Below, in pieces: positions 42,491 to 51,285 of a stretch of 64,000 nt of DNA. A program made the position numbers and the translations under genes. Position 1 is the first letter of the stretch; each line of letters starts with the position of its first letter. This DNA is from Candidatus Dojkabacteria bacterium (GTDB lineage Bacteria; Patescibacteriota; Dojkabacteria; B142; OLB20), in NCBI GenBank assembly GCA_035444565.1, contig DAOMOX010000002.1, positions 105,335 to 169,334 of the forward strand, written 5' to 3'. The notes under the pieces are model-generated. The model worked only from the letters and a program-made list of their open reading frames with translations. It made no database searches and was not told where the DNA came from.

Positions 42491-42585
42491 AAATTTGACG
42501 TACTGAATCCTGAATATATCTTTCTGAATTCTCTCTTTTCGCCCATGATATAATTCCTGCTAGCTTAATATTAGTTAATAACACA

Positions 42586-45246
42586 ATGAATAACAACTTG
42601 GTTACGAGATTTAGCGAAATTTTCTTCAAACGAAGTAGACTTACAATTCTACTTATAATTTCAGTACTTTTGCTTGGATTCTATTCATATTCAACTCTTC
42701 TGAAGCGAGAAGGTTTTCCAGTAATCAACTTACCAATTATTGTTGTAAATACCCCTTATCTTTCAGGAGATCCAGCAAAGACCGAAGCTGATATAACTGG
42801 GAAGATTTCCTCGAAAATCACAGAAATTGAAGGAGTAAAGGAAATCCAAACCACTTCCACATCAAATCTATCTTCAATTTTTGTCTCGCTTGATGATGGT
42901 ATCACGACTGCAGATGATGCGAAGGACAAGATTGAAAATGAAATATCAAAACTTAATCTAGAATCAGAGCCTATAATAATAGTTCCGAATGCAGCTCTCG
43001 TGGATGGTCAAAATGATCTTGTTTTTTCAATTTATTCAAAAGACTTAACAATCGAACAACTTCAGCAAAAAGCATTGTTGATTGAAACAGAACTTGAGAA
43101 AAGCGATTTGATAAAAGAGGTTAATATTAAAAATCAAATCACTACAGAGTTCGACTTTGCTACCCAGCAAGAGGTCACAGCAACACGTTCATATGCGAGA
43201 TCACTTGTGAAAAATGATGGCGAACTTGAGGCTTATGACTCACTTGATATTGGTGTTGTAAAGAAAAATACAGATGTAGGAACTATTGAGCTATCCGATG
43301 AAGTGAAAGCAATTGTCGAGAGAAGTTTAGAGAAAGAAGAGTTAGATGGAATTAGCGCACTTTATAGCGCAGATCCAGCAACATATCTCAGAGCGCAGAT
43401 ATCTTCCCTAGAATCAAATGCATTAGCTGCGATGATTACAATTTTTGTCATCTTACTGTTGTTTATAAACCTTCGTTCAGCAATTTTATTAGCATTATTC
43501 ATCCCTCTCACACTCGCATCAGTGTTTTTCATCTTCTCAATCTTCGGCTATACATTAAATACAATTTCATTGTTTGCTTTGATTTTAGTACTTGGGCTTT
43601 TCGTAGATGATGGGACAATCATCGTAGAGGCAATCGACTACTACAAAAGGCAAGGCCAGAAAGGTTTCCAAGCTGTCAGAAGTGCAATTAACGATATTGG
43701 AATCGCCGATATCTCAGGAACACTTACAACAGTTTTAGTGTTTCTTCCACTTGTTTTTGTTACTGGAATTTTGGGAGATTTTATAAAAATTCTTCCAATG
43801 ACAGTGATAATCGCTCTATTAGTTTCTCTATTTATCGCCCTAACAATCCTTCCATTTCTCTCTTCGTTCTTAATCAAAGACTTAGACAACAAGAAGAAAA
43901 GCAAAGAGAACATCCTATCAATCATAGTCAACTTCGTTCCAAAACTTATGATTAATTTCTCTGAAAAAAGTGGAAGAACTGTAAAACAAACATTGGAATC
44001 AAGATATTACCGCTTAGGCTTATTCGCCGTCTCATTAATATTAATTGGTATTGGGGGATACTATGCTAGCCAATTAAAGTTTGCATTCTTCGCACCTGCA
44101 AAAGACTCTGATTTGATTACAATTTCAGTTACGAATAAAATTCCTACTGACATTACGACAGCGAAATCTGCCACAACAGAACTCGAAAAATTAGTTGTTG
44201 ATAATTTCTCGGAAGAAATTCAAGAAATTGCCTACCTCGATGCAAATCAAAGAGGTGCTGAGATTAGAGTTTCTTTGAGTCCAATCACTGAGAGAGACAT
44301 TACTGCTGGGGATATTGTTCGAGAAATTAATGAATTAACCAAAGACAATGAAAGCTTAGTAGTAAGCGCTTCTATCGTTTCTGCTGGACCTCCCGTCGCT
44401 CAGTTTCCATTTGCAATGCAACTTTTCTCCGAAAATCAAACTGTCTTAGAAACAAAGTCTGCAGAGATTGCCGAATTCATAAAATCAACAGAACTTGATA
44501 AAGATGTTCAAGTTGAAGATGTAAAGGTTGATTACACCAAAGAAATCCGAAGAAAAGACAATGAAAGATTTGCCGAAATTAGAGTAAAGTTCAATGATAA
44601 ATACGATAGTGCCACATTATTGGAATTACAAGAAATTATAGAAGGTGAATACAACGGTGAGGACAATTCCGAATTCTCTCTTGGATTTGATTTCGGACAA
44701 GAGAGTGAAAATGCAAACTCCTTTAATTCTGTAGTATTTGCAGGATTAATAGCACTAATTGTTATGTATATTTTATTAGTATTGCAGTTCAACTCATTCA
44801 CACAGCCACTACTGATTTTGGTAGCAATACCATTTAGTTTTCCAATTTTATTCCCTGGACTGTTCTACACAGATAATCCAATGAGTTTCTTCGTTGTGAT
44901 TGGTCTTACCGGTCTGATTGGAATCGTAGTTAATAACACTATCATATTGATAGAATATGCCAACGCACAAAGGAAGTCTGGAAAATCCATAATTGACTCA
45001 ATAGCAGAATCAGTGAGATTGAGGACAAGACCGATTTTCACTACATCACTCACAACCATAGCTGGATTACTTCCTTTGGCACTCACTGAACCATTCTGGG
45101 AGCCATTGGCTTTCACTATCATCTTTGGATTAATCTCCAGTGTGATGATGATTGTCATCGCCTTCCCGGTTTACTACTTCTTTGTGGAATCCGCACGAGA
45201 TTTGTTCTACAAGAATGTTAAGAAGTTTAAGATGAGGGGGTTGTAA
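42586..45246 (+). CDS. RND (AcrB/AcrD/AcrF family) transporter
   Basis: REGFP, LGLFVDDGTIIVE, GIVVNNTIILIE, RTRPIFTTSLTT. Confidence 0.92.
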   Translation: MNNNLVTRFSEIFFKRSRLTILLIISVLLLGFYSYSTLLKREGFPVINLPIIVVNTPYLSGDPAKTEADITGKISSKITEIEGVKEIQTTSTSNLSSIFVSLDDGITTADDAKDKIENEISKLNLESEPIIIVPNAALVDGQNDLVFSIYSKDLTIEQLQQKALLIETELEKSDLIKEVNIKNQITTEFDFATQQEVTATRSYARSLVKNDGELEAYDSLDIGVVKKNTDVGTIELSDEVKAIVERSLEKEELDGISALYSADPATYLRAQISSLESNALAAMITIFVILLLFINLRSAILLALFIPLTLASVFFIFSIFGYTLNTISLFALILVLGLFVDDGTIIVEAIDYYKRQGQKGFQAVRSAINDIGIADISGTLTTVLVFLPLVFVTGILGDFIKILPMTVIIALLVSLFIALTILPFLSSFLIKDLDNKKKSKENILSIIVNFVPKLMINFSEKSGRTVKQTLESRYYRLGLFAVSLILIGIGGYYASQLKFAFFAPAKDSDLITISVTNKIPTDITTAKSATTELEKLVVDNFSEEIQEIAYLDANQRGAEIRVSLSPITERDITAGDIVREINELTKDNESLVVSASIVSAGPPVAQFPFAMQLFSENQTVLETKSAEIAEFIKSTELDKDVQVEDVKVDYTKEIRRKDNERFAEIRVKFNDKYDSATLLELQEIIEGEYNGEDNSEFSLGFDFGQESENANSFNSVVFAGLIALIVMYILLVLQFNSFTQPLLILVAIPFSFPILFPGLFYTDNPMSFFVVIGLTGLIGIVVNNTIILIEYANAQRKSGKSIIDSIAESVRLRTRPIFTTSLTTIAGLLPLALTEPFWEPLAFTIIFGLISSVMMIVIAFPVYYFFVESARDLFYKNVKKFKMRGL

Positions 45247-45303
45247 AAAGTGTGAAATTAAAAGACAGACTCCTCTTCAAAAGAAATCAAGTGCATCAAC
45301 TTT

Positions 45304-45477
45304 CCCTGACTTGATCTCCTCCGTTACATGGCGGTACGGATCTCTAGGTTGTGTATTACCTTAGAAATACTTAGGTAAAACGTTTGTGAGAGATCCCCTT
45401 TTTCAAGGGGAGATGTTGAATTTTTCGTTTACGAGAGATCCCCCTCCCGTCAAGTTTCTAGACGGGACCAGGGGGAA
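45304..45477. repeat. REP/REPIN-like element
   Basis: Same left and right arms as 42322-42490. Confidence 0.75.
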
Positions 45478-45630
45478 ATTATGTTACTAAAGCTGAAACT
45501 AAAATTTTTATTCCCTAATTTTTAAATCTTTCATGTAACGGAACGCAAGGAATTCCTCTTTACTTAGTGATAAGATTCATTCAGATACAAACTAATTCAC
45601 ATTTGTTATAATAAAACATTGAATCTACAC

Positions 45631-45852
45631 ATGATGAATCACAATTTCACCATCACAACTTGGCGAGAGGACGACCTCTTTGTGGCCCAATGTTTAGACG
45701 TAGATGTTTCAAGTTTCGGCGCAACCCAAAACGAAGCTTTAGAAAATATAAAAGAAGCTATTGAACTGTATTTGGAAGACGCTAATGATATAGACATCCC
45801 TGAAATTCAAACTCCAGCTATTACACAGACGAAAATTAGCCTAGATGCCTAA
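45631..45852 (+). CDS. hicB: HicB-family antitoxin
   Basis: FVAQCLDVDVSSFGATQNEALENIKEAIELYLE. Confidence 0.88.
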   Translation: MMNHNFTITTWREDDLFVAQCLDVDVSSFGATQNEALENIKEAIELYLEDANDIDIPEIQTPAITQTKISLDA

Positions 45853-46051
45853 ACAATATTCCTCAAATGACGTTATATCAACTCTAAAATCTATTGGATT
45901 TGAGTTTATTTCTCAAAAAGGTAGCCATAAAAAATTTAGGAAAGGGAAATTAGTCGTAATTGTACCTTCGGGAAGAAAAGTAATTCCTCTTGGAACTTTG
46001 AGATCTATAAAAAGACAGGCAGGACTTGGAAAAGATATTTTTGCGAGGTAA
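45845..46051 (+). CDS. hicA: HicA-family toxin
   Basis: GFEFISQKGSH, VIVP, GTLRSIKRQAG. Confidence 0.9.
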   Translation: MPKQYSSNDVISTLKSIGFEFISQKGSHKKFRKGKLVVIVPSGRKVIPLGTLRSIKRQAGLGKDIFAR

Positions 46052-46068
46052 CTATCAACTCTTACACT

Positions 46069-46092
46069 GTCACTCCTGCGAAAGCAGGAGTC
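46069..46092. repeat. REP-like hairpin between convergent genes
   Basis: gtc-actcctgc-gaaa-gcaggagt-c. Confidence 0.6.
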
Positions 46093-46685
46093 TAACCCCC
46101 TTCATTCTCCCCAAAAAGCTCGGTCTTCCTTTTCTCTACCAGCTCTACCAATCCTTCCCAAACTTTCTGTACATCCTTATTTATTACAACCTTATTCTTT
46201 ACCTCTACTAACATATCAAACTTTATTTTATGCTTTCTCCAACTTCTACCTTCATCTAGATAGATATTCATGACTGGTAGGATTTTATCGAGGGTATAAA
46301 CAAATTCAGATTCAGGCTATTCCTTTTTCTCATACTCGTGAATTAATTTTAATAGTTCAGGAAATTCGCTAAATTCTTTTCCAATTTTTTCTAATGCAAC
46401 TTTCTCTTTCTGGACTTTTAACTCTTTTGAAGCCTTGTCTGCGTAGAAAAATGTGTCCCCTGCATAAATCTCAACCAAATCATGAACTAATGCATACTTT
46501 ATTATTTTATCGATGTCGTATTTCAGTTTCTCTGTGGAAATTATGTACCAGGAGACCATGGCGAGTTGAAAGCTATGTTCAGAATCATTTTCTAATCGAT
46601 TTTCTCCTGTTGCGTAAATTCTCCGCTCAAGCTGATTAAATTTAATTATAAATTCTGAGAAGTTAAGGATTCTTTTGATGTTCAT
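46092..46685 (-). pseudogene. HD-domain phosphohydrolase with in-frame TAG
   Basis: ENDSEHSF, ALVHDLVEIYAGD; after TAG at 46317-46319 the frame continues PESEFVYTLDKILPV.. to 46092. Confidence 0.8.
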
Positions 46686-46753
46686 AATGTTTTATTTATG
46701 AAATACCTTACCATCTTGTAATTTAAAAGTAGGACTCAAGGAAGGTGAATATT

Positions 46754-47080
46754 TTATTGGTTGAGTTTATCACTAATTTCTTTATCCAAACTATCCATCG
46801 TCTCCATAAATACCTTCTCTAAATCAATATCATACTTTTTCGCAATTATGAGAATAGACCAAAGACAGTCCGAGAGCTCATGTGCTAACTTTTCTTGAGA
46901 ATTTTCTATCTCACGTTTACCATTTTGAGCCTGTATGAGTTTTACTAAATCTCCAATGTCACCAACTAATCCCATGGTCAAATCCTCAATTGACCAAGGT
47001 TTACCATACTTATTTGTCTCGAATTGTTCGTATTTTTCTCTGATTTCTAAAGCTCTTTTTTGGATTTCTGTGAGATTCAT
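46754..47080 (-). CDS. MazG-like nucleotide pyrophosphohydrolase
   Basis: GLVGDIGDL..LAHELSDCLW. Confidence 0.8.
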   Translation of the reverse strand: MNLTEIQKRALEIREKYEQFETNKYGKPWSIEDLTMGLVGDIGDLVKLIQAQNGKREIENSQEKLAHELSDCLWSILIIAKKYDIDLEKVFMETMDSLDKEISDKLNQ

Positions 47081-47106
47081 TATGATTGATGTTAAATATG
47101 TATAAA

Positions 47107-47359
47107 TCGGGCTGGTGAGACTTCCCTGCTTTCGCAGGGATAAACTACATTTCCTATAGCATCGTAGCCATGCCTACGCTAAAGCTACGGCAGACTCACG
47201 ATTGAGTAATTTCTCACTTCGTTCTAAAACTCAATCGGAGCGACTAGACTTCCCTGCTTCCGCAGGGATAAACTCCCTAGCGACTTAATAACTAATGTAG
47301 TTACACCATTCTTTGCAAATCGGGCTGGTGAGACTTCCCTGCCTTCGCAGGGATAAACT
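47107..47359 (-). repeat. three tRNA-Pro 3'-end fragments, each with an AGTTTATCCCTGC-loop-GCAGGGA insert in the T-loop
   Basis: Fragments at 47107-47201, 47235-47284 and 47320-47359 end in AGTCTCACCAGCCCGA (x2) or AGTCTAGTCGCTCCGA. Confidence 0.85.
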
Positions 47360-47374
47360 ACATTTTATTTAAAA

Positions 47375-47448
47375 TCGGAGCGACTAGACTCGAACTAGCG
47401 ACCTCACGCACCCCATGCGTGCGTTCTAGCCAACTGAACTACGCTCCG
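47375..47448 (-). tRNA. tRNA-Pro(GGG)
   Basis: CGGAGCG acceptor stem, CACGC-ATGGGGT-GCGTG anticodon arm, GTTCGAGTC T-loop. Confidence 0.95.
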
Positions 47449-47553
47449 CTAAATAAATTATACATCCTGAACTTAATTTTTACTAAATGCTTATCAATAA
47501 CATCATTAATCTGGTAAAATCTGTTACGATCTTTGAATGACCGGAGTTAACCT

Positions 47554-47877
47554 GTGGTGACATGGCCAAGCTTGTCCCGCCAAGGCGGGATGAAGTAAGG
47601 CATGGGTCAATCTTTCTAAGATGACCATATTGAAAAAGGAGATAAAAAACATAGCTATTTTAAAAAAGAATTAAAAGAGAGGAGAATAAACTCACCGGAG
47701 GATTCCTCGGATTAAGTGGTGACATGGCCAAGCTTGTCCCGCCAAGGCGGGATGAAGTAAGGCATGGGTCAATCTTTCTAAGATGACCATATTGAAAAAG
47801 GAGATAAAAAACATAGCTATTTTAAAAAAGAATTAAAAGAGAGGAGAATAAACTCACCGGAGGATTCCTCGGATTAA
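47554..47877 (+). repeat. two tandem 162-bp repeats, each starting with an interrupted tRNA-Cys 5' half
   Basis: GGTGACATGGCCAAG at 47556, 47718 and 47880 (period 162); first two carry CTTGTCCCGCCAAGGCGGGATGAA in the D-loop. Confidence 0.9.
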
Positions 47878-47879
47878 GT

Positions 47880-47950
47880 GGTGACATGGCCAAGTGGTAA
47901 GGCATGGGTCTGCAAAACCCTTATCCCGGGTTCGATTCCCGGTGTCACCT
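47880..47950 (+). tRNA. tRNA-Cys(GCA)
   Basis: GGTGACA/TGTCACC acceptor stem, CTGCAAA anticodon loop, GTTCGATTC. Confidence 0.95.
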
Positions 47951-47952
47951 TT

Positions 47953-48037
47953 GCCGTGGTGGCGGAATTGGTATACGCGCTGGACTTAAAATCCAGTGGC
48001 CTTAACAGCCTTAAGGGTTCGAGTCCCTTCCGCGGCA
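47953..48037 (+). tRNA. tRNA-Leu(TAA)
   Basis: GCCGTGG acceptor, CTGGA-CTTAAAA-TCCAG, long variable arm, GTTCGAGTC. Confidence 0.95.
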
Positions 48038-48066
48038 GTTGTTTTAATAATAAATGGTGCTTTTTG

Positions 48067-48147
48067 AAGGGACGAGAAGTTTATCCCGTGAAATTTATGA
48101 AAGAAATTTATACGGGAAGTCCCTTACGCGGCATTTGTTTTAATAAT
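48067..48147 (+). repeat. duplicated tRNA-Leu 3' end with palindromic T-loop insert
   Basis: AAGGG-[acgagaAGTTTATCCC..GGGA]-AGTCCCTTACGCGGCA followed by duplicated trailer ttgttttaataat. Confidence 0.85.
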
Positions 48148-48186
48148 CCAGCAAATCCCGAATACTGAATTTTGAATTATTTAACA

Positions 48187-48293
48187 CGGGATATAATTCA
48201 ATTTCCACCAGAGGCGGACCAGCCTTTGGCTGGGGCTAGAATGTACGCTTCGGGTGCGTAATGTTCCCGGTTCAAGTCCGGGTATCCCGACCA
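48187..48293 (+). tRNA. tRNA-Pro(CGG) with about 29-nt palindromic insertion in the D-loop
   Basis: CGGGATA/TATCCCG-ACCA acceptor, ATTC/GAAT D-stem, TACGC-TTCGGGT-GCGTA, CCCGG-TTCAAGT-CCGGG; insert about 48205-48233. Confidence 0.85.
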
Positions 48294-48520
48294 ATCAAGA
48301 CGTGATTTTTTGAAATATCACGTAAAGCCTCATACAGAGGGCTTATTTCCATGTTCGTAAGTTCGTAATTTTTATATGTGGGTACGTTCGTAAACATACT
48401 TCCCAAAATATCCCTTCTTTGATTAAAGGTTGCAATTTCCCAGTATCGGTCTATTTTTGCACCAAATTGGGCTAACATTGTTGAAGATTGGCAAATTCAT
48501 CTAGTAGGTTAATTCTCTTG
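48272..48520 (-). pseudogene. probable C-terminal remnant of a site-specific recombinase reading into the tRNA
   Basis: ORF ends GRDTRT* inside the antisense of the tRNA-Pro 3' end; the upstream part appears frameshifted; family call is inferred from position. Confidence 0.45.
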
Positions 48521-48640
48521 TTACCTTTAAGGGTTGAAGGTTAAACCCTCAAAATTTGAGCAGTTGAAACTTACTTTCTTTATCTCTAGCCGAAATAAGA
48601 AAGTAAGCAAAGAAAGTTGGCATTTCACTTACAAAAGTTG

Positions 48641-48660
48641 TATGATACAGTAATATCATA
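48641..48660. promoter_or_regulatory. palindromic operator upstream of the XRE controller
   Basis: TATGATA-cagtaa-TATCATA, 19 nt before the ATG. Confidence 0.55.
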
Positions 48661-48679
48661 TTACCAGTATTTGAACACT

Positions 48680-48892
48680 ATGTTTACAAACATTGGAGAG
48701 AAAATTAAGAAAGTAAGAAACGATAAAGGGTTGACACAGGAGGAGTTAGCCCAAAAGGCTAATATCTCCTATATAACCCTTGTGAAAATTGAGCAAGGAA
48801 AGGTTGAGAATCCTACAATGAAGACTTTGCAAAAAATTGCAAAGGCATTGGAAATTTCTCTTGATGAAATAGTTAAAAATGTAAAACAATGA
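48680..48892 (+). CDS. XRE-family HTH regulator (RM controller-like)
   Basis: GLTQEELAQKANISYITLVKIEQG..NPTMKTLQKIAKAL; ATGA overlap with hsdR. Confidence 0.9.
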   Translation: MFTNIGEKIKKVRNDKGLTQEELAQKANISYITLVKIEQGKVENPTMKTLQKIAKALEISLDEIVKNVKQ

Positions 48893-51279
48893 ATAAAAAT
48901 CAATTATCAGAAACAGACATTAGAACAAAGTTTATTACACCCGCAATTCAAGATGCAGGTTGGAATATTCAAAAGCAAGTGCGAGAGGAAGTCCACTTTA
49001 CTGATGGAAGGATAATTGTTAAAGGAGAAACAGTAAAAAGAGCTAAAGGTAAGAAAGCTGATTATATCCTGTACTACAAATCAAACCTTCCCATTGCAAT
49101 TGTCGAAGCTAAAGACAACAAACACTCGATTGGAGATGGTATGCAACAAGGACTTGATTATGCTGAAATCCTTGATATACCTTTTGTATTCTCAAGCAAT
49201 GGAGATGGTTTCCTAGAACATGATAGAACTATTTCAGAGGGAAAAGTAGAAAGAGAAATATCATTACAGCAATTTCCTTCACCAGAAGAACTTTATCAAC
49301 GTTATAAAATTTGGAAGGGGTTATCTAGCGAGCAAGAACAAATTTTAAAACAAGACTACTACTACTCACCAACAAGTAAGACACCAAGATACTATCAAGA
49401 AATAGCTATCAACAGGACTGTTGAATCTATAGCAAAGGGAAAAGATAGACTTCTTCTTGTAATGGCAACAGGTACAGGGAAAACCTTTACTGCCTTTCAG
49501 ATAATGTGGCGGTTATGGCAAGCAAAGAAAAAGAAAAGAATTCTTTTTGTCGCTGACAGAAATATTCTAGTTGATGATCCGATGAGAAGAGATTTTTCTC
49601 CATTTGGTGAGAAAATGACAAAGATTAATAGACTTAACTTTAATATTCAGAAATACTCTGCATACGAAATTTTTATTGGATTGTATCAAAGCATAACTGG
49701 TTTGGATGAATCCCAAAAAATTTATAAACAGTTTCCAAGAGATTTTTTTGATTTGATAGTCATTGACGAAGCACACAGAGGAAGTGCTTCTGATGATTCT
49801 GCTTGGAGAGAAATATTAGAGTATTTTAACAGTTCGACTCAAGTCGGTATGACTGCTACTCCAAAGCAAGAGCATGGAGCAGATAATATTGAATACTTTG
49901 GTGAACCAGTTTACACATATTCACTAAAACAAGGGATTGAAGATGGTTTTCTTGCCCCTTACAGGGTAATTAGAGTGACTCTTGATACGGATTCAGAAGG
50001 CTTTAGACCTTACACAGGTCAAGTTGATAAGTATGGAAACGAAATTCCAGATGAAGAATATAACGTGAAAGATTTTGATAGAAGAATTGTTATTGATGAA
50101 AGAACAGAAATCATTGCAAGAAAGATTACTGAATTTCTAAAAAATACAGACCGATTCTCAAAAACAATCGTTTTTTGTGTAGATATTGCTCATGCAGAAC
50201 GTATGAGACAAGCTTTAATGAATGAGAATGTTGATCTAGTAAACGAAAATCGAAAATATGTGATGCGAATTACTGGTGATAACGAGGAAGGTAAAAACGA
50301 ATTGGATAACTTTATTGACCCAGAACAAAAATATCCAGTTGTTGTAACTACTTCGAAGCTACTTACAACAGGAGTTGACGCTAAAACTTGTAAATTGATT
50401 GTGCTAGATACAAATATCAACTCAATGACTGAATTTAAACAGATTATTGGCAGAGGTACGAGACTTGACCCTGATTTTGACAAGTATTTCTTTACAATAA
50501 TGGACTTTAGACAGGCTACTAAGTTATTTGCTGACCCTGCATTTGACGGTCCTGCAATAAGCACATCTGAAAAAACAGAAGATGATGAGATTACTCTACC
50601 ATCTGAAGATGAATATGTAGTCACCCCAGAGGAAGCAGAAGCATTAAAAGATTCAGCTGATATTGAATATATAAGTTCAAAAAATGATGTTTCGATAGAT
50701 GGTGCACCTGAAAAGCCTAAGAAGTATTATGTAAATGGTGTTGATGTTGAAGTTATAAATGAAACAGTTCAGTACTATGATGAGAACGGAAAACTTACAA
50801 CAGAATCATTAAGAAGCTATACGAAGAAAAGTCTTATTAAAAGATATAAAACACTTAATGAATTTCTGAATGATTGGAATGATGCTGAAATGAAATCTGC
50901 AATACTAGAGGAGCTTGAGGAACAGGGAATCTTTTTTGAAGAATTGAAAAAAGAAGTTGGAAAAGAATTAGATCCTTTCGATATGATTCTACACATTGCT
51001 TTTGATAAACCACCTCTTACACGTAGAGAAAGAGCTAATAATGTCATTAAGAGAAACTATTTTGAAAAGTATGGAGAGGAAGCTCGAAAAGTTTTACAGG
51101 CACTTCTTGATAAATACTCCGATGAAGGAATTATGGCACTTGAAGATATGGAAGTACTGAAAGTTCAGCCAATAAATCAGTTTGGTTCTCCTGTAGAAAT
51201 CGTGAGTTATTTCGGAGGTAGAGAGCAATATGTTGAAGCAGTCCAACAAATGGAACAATTAATTTATATGCAAGCTTAA
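48889..51279 (+). CDS. hsdR: type I restriction endonuclease subunit R (EcoAI/EcoEI-like)
   Basis: SETDIRTKFITP, VEAK, MATGTGKT, DEAHRGS, MTATP, LLTTGVD, KQIIGRGTR. Confidence 0.96.
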   Translation: MNKNQLSETDIRTKFITPAIQDAGWNIQKQVREEVHFTDGRIIVKGETVKRAKGKKADYILYYKSNLPIAIVEAKDNKHSIGDGMQQGLDYAEILDIPFVFSSNGDGFLEHDRTISEGKVEREISLQQFPSPEELYQRYKIWKGLSSEQEQILKQDYYYSPTSKTPRYYQEIAINRTVESIAKGKDRLLLVMATGTGKTFTAFQIMWRLWQAKKKKRILFVADRNILVDDPMRRDFSPFGEKMTKINRLNFNIQKYSAYEIFIGLYQSITGLDESQKIYKQFPRDFFDLIVIDEAHRGSASDDSAWREILEYFNSSTQVGMTATPKQEHGADNIEYFGEPVYTYSLKQGIEDGFLAPYRVIRVTLDTDSEGFRPYTGQVDKYGNEIPDEEYNVKDFDRRIVIDERTEIIARKITEFLKNTDRFSKTIVFCVDIAHAERMRQALMNENVDLVNENRKYVMRITGDNEEGKNELDNFIDPEQKYPVVVTTSKLLTTGVDAKTCKLIVLDTNINSMTEFKQIIGRGTRLDPDFDKYFFTIMDFRQATKLFADPAFDGPAISTSEKTEDDEITLPSEDEYVVTPEEAEALKDSADIEYISSKNDVSIDGAPEKPKKYYVNGVDVEVINETVQYYDENGKLTTESLRSYTKKSLIKRYKTLNEFLNDWNDAEMKSAILEELEEQGIFFEELKKEVGKELDPFDMILHIAFDKPPLTRRERANNVIKRNYFEKYGEEARKVLQALLDKYSDEGIMALEDMEVLKVQPINQFGSPVEIVSYFGGREQYVEAVQQMEQLIYMQA

Positions 51280-51285
51280 ATCACT

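Noticed and set aside
42369-42629. 86-aa minus-strand ORF
   Set aside because: Translates REP-like repeats and overlaps the RND gene start
41722-46685. Genome-wide stop-codon reassignment
   Set aside because: TAG, TGA and TAA all end conserved genes at expected positions
47107-47895. Repeat-spacer-like pattern suggesting a CRISPR array
   Set aside because: Repeats are tRNA fragments with irregular or identical spacers, and there is no cas operon
47878-48168. 96-aa ORF in the track
   Set aside because: Overlaps tRNA-Cys and tRNA-Leu; spurious
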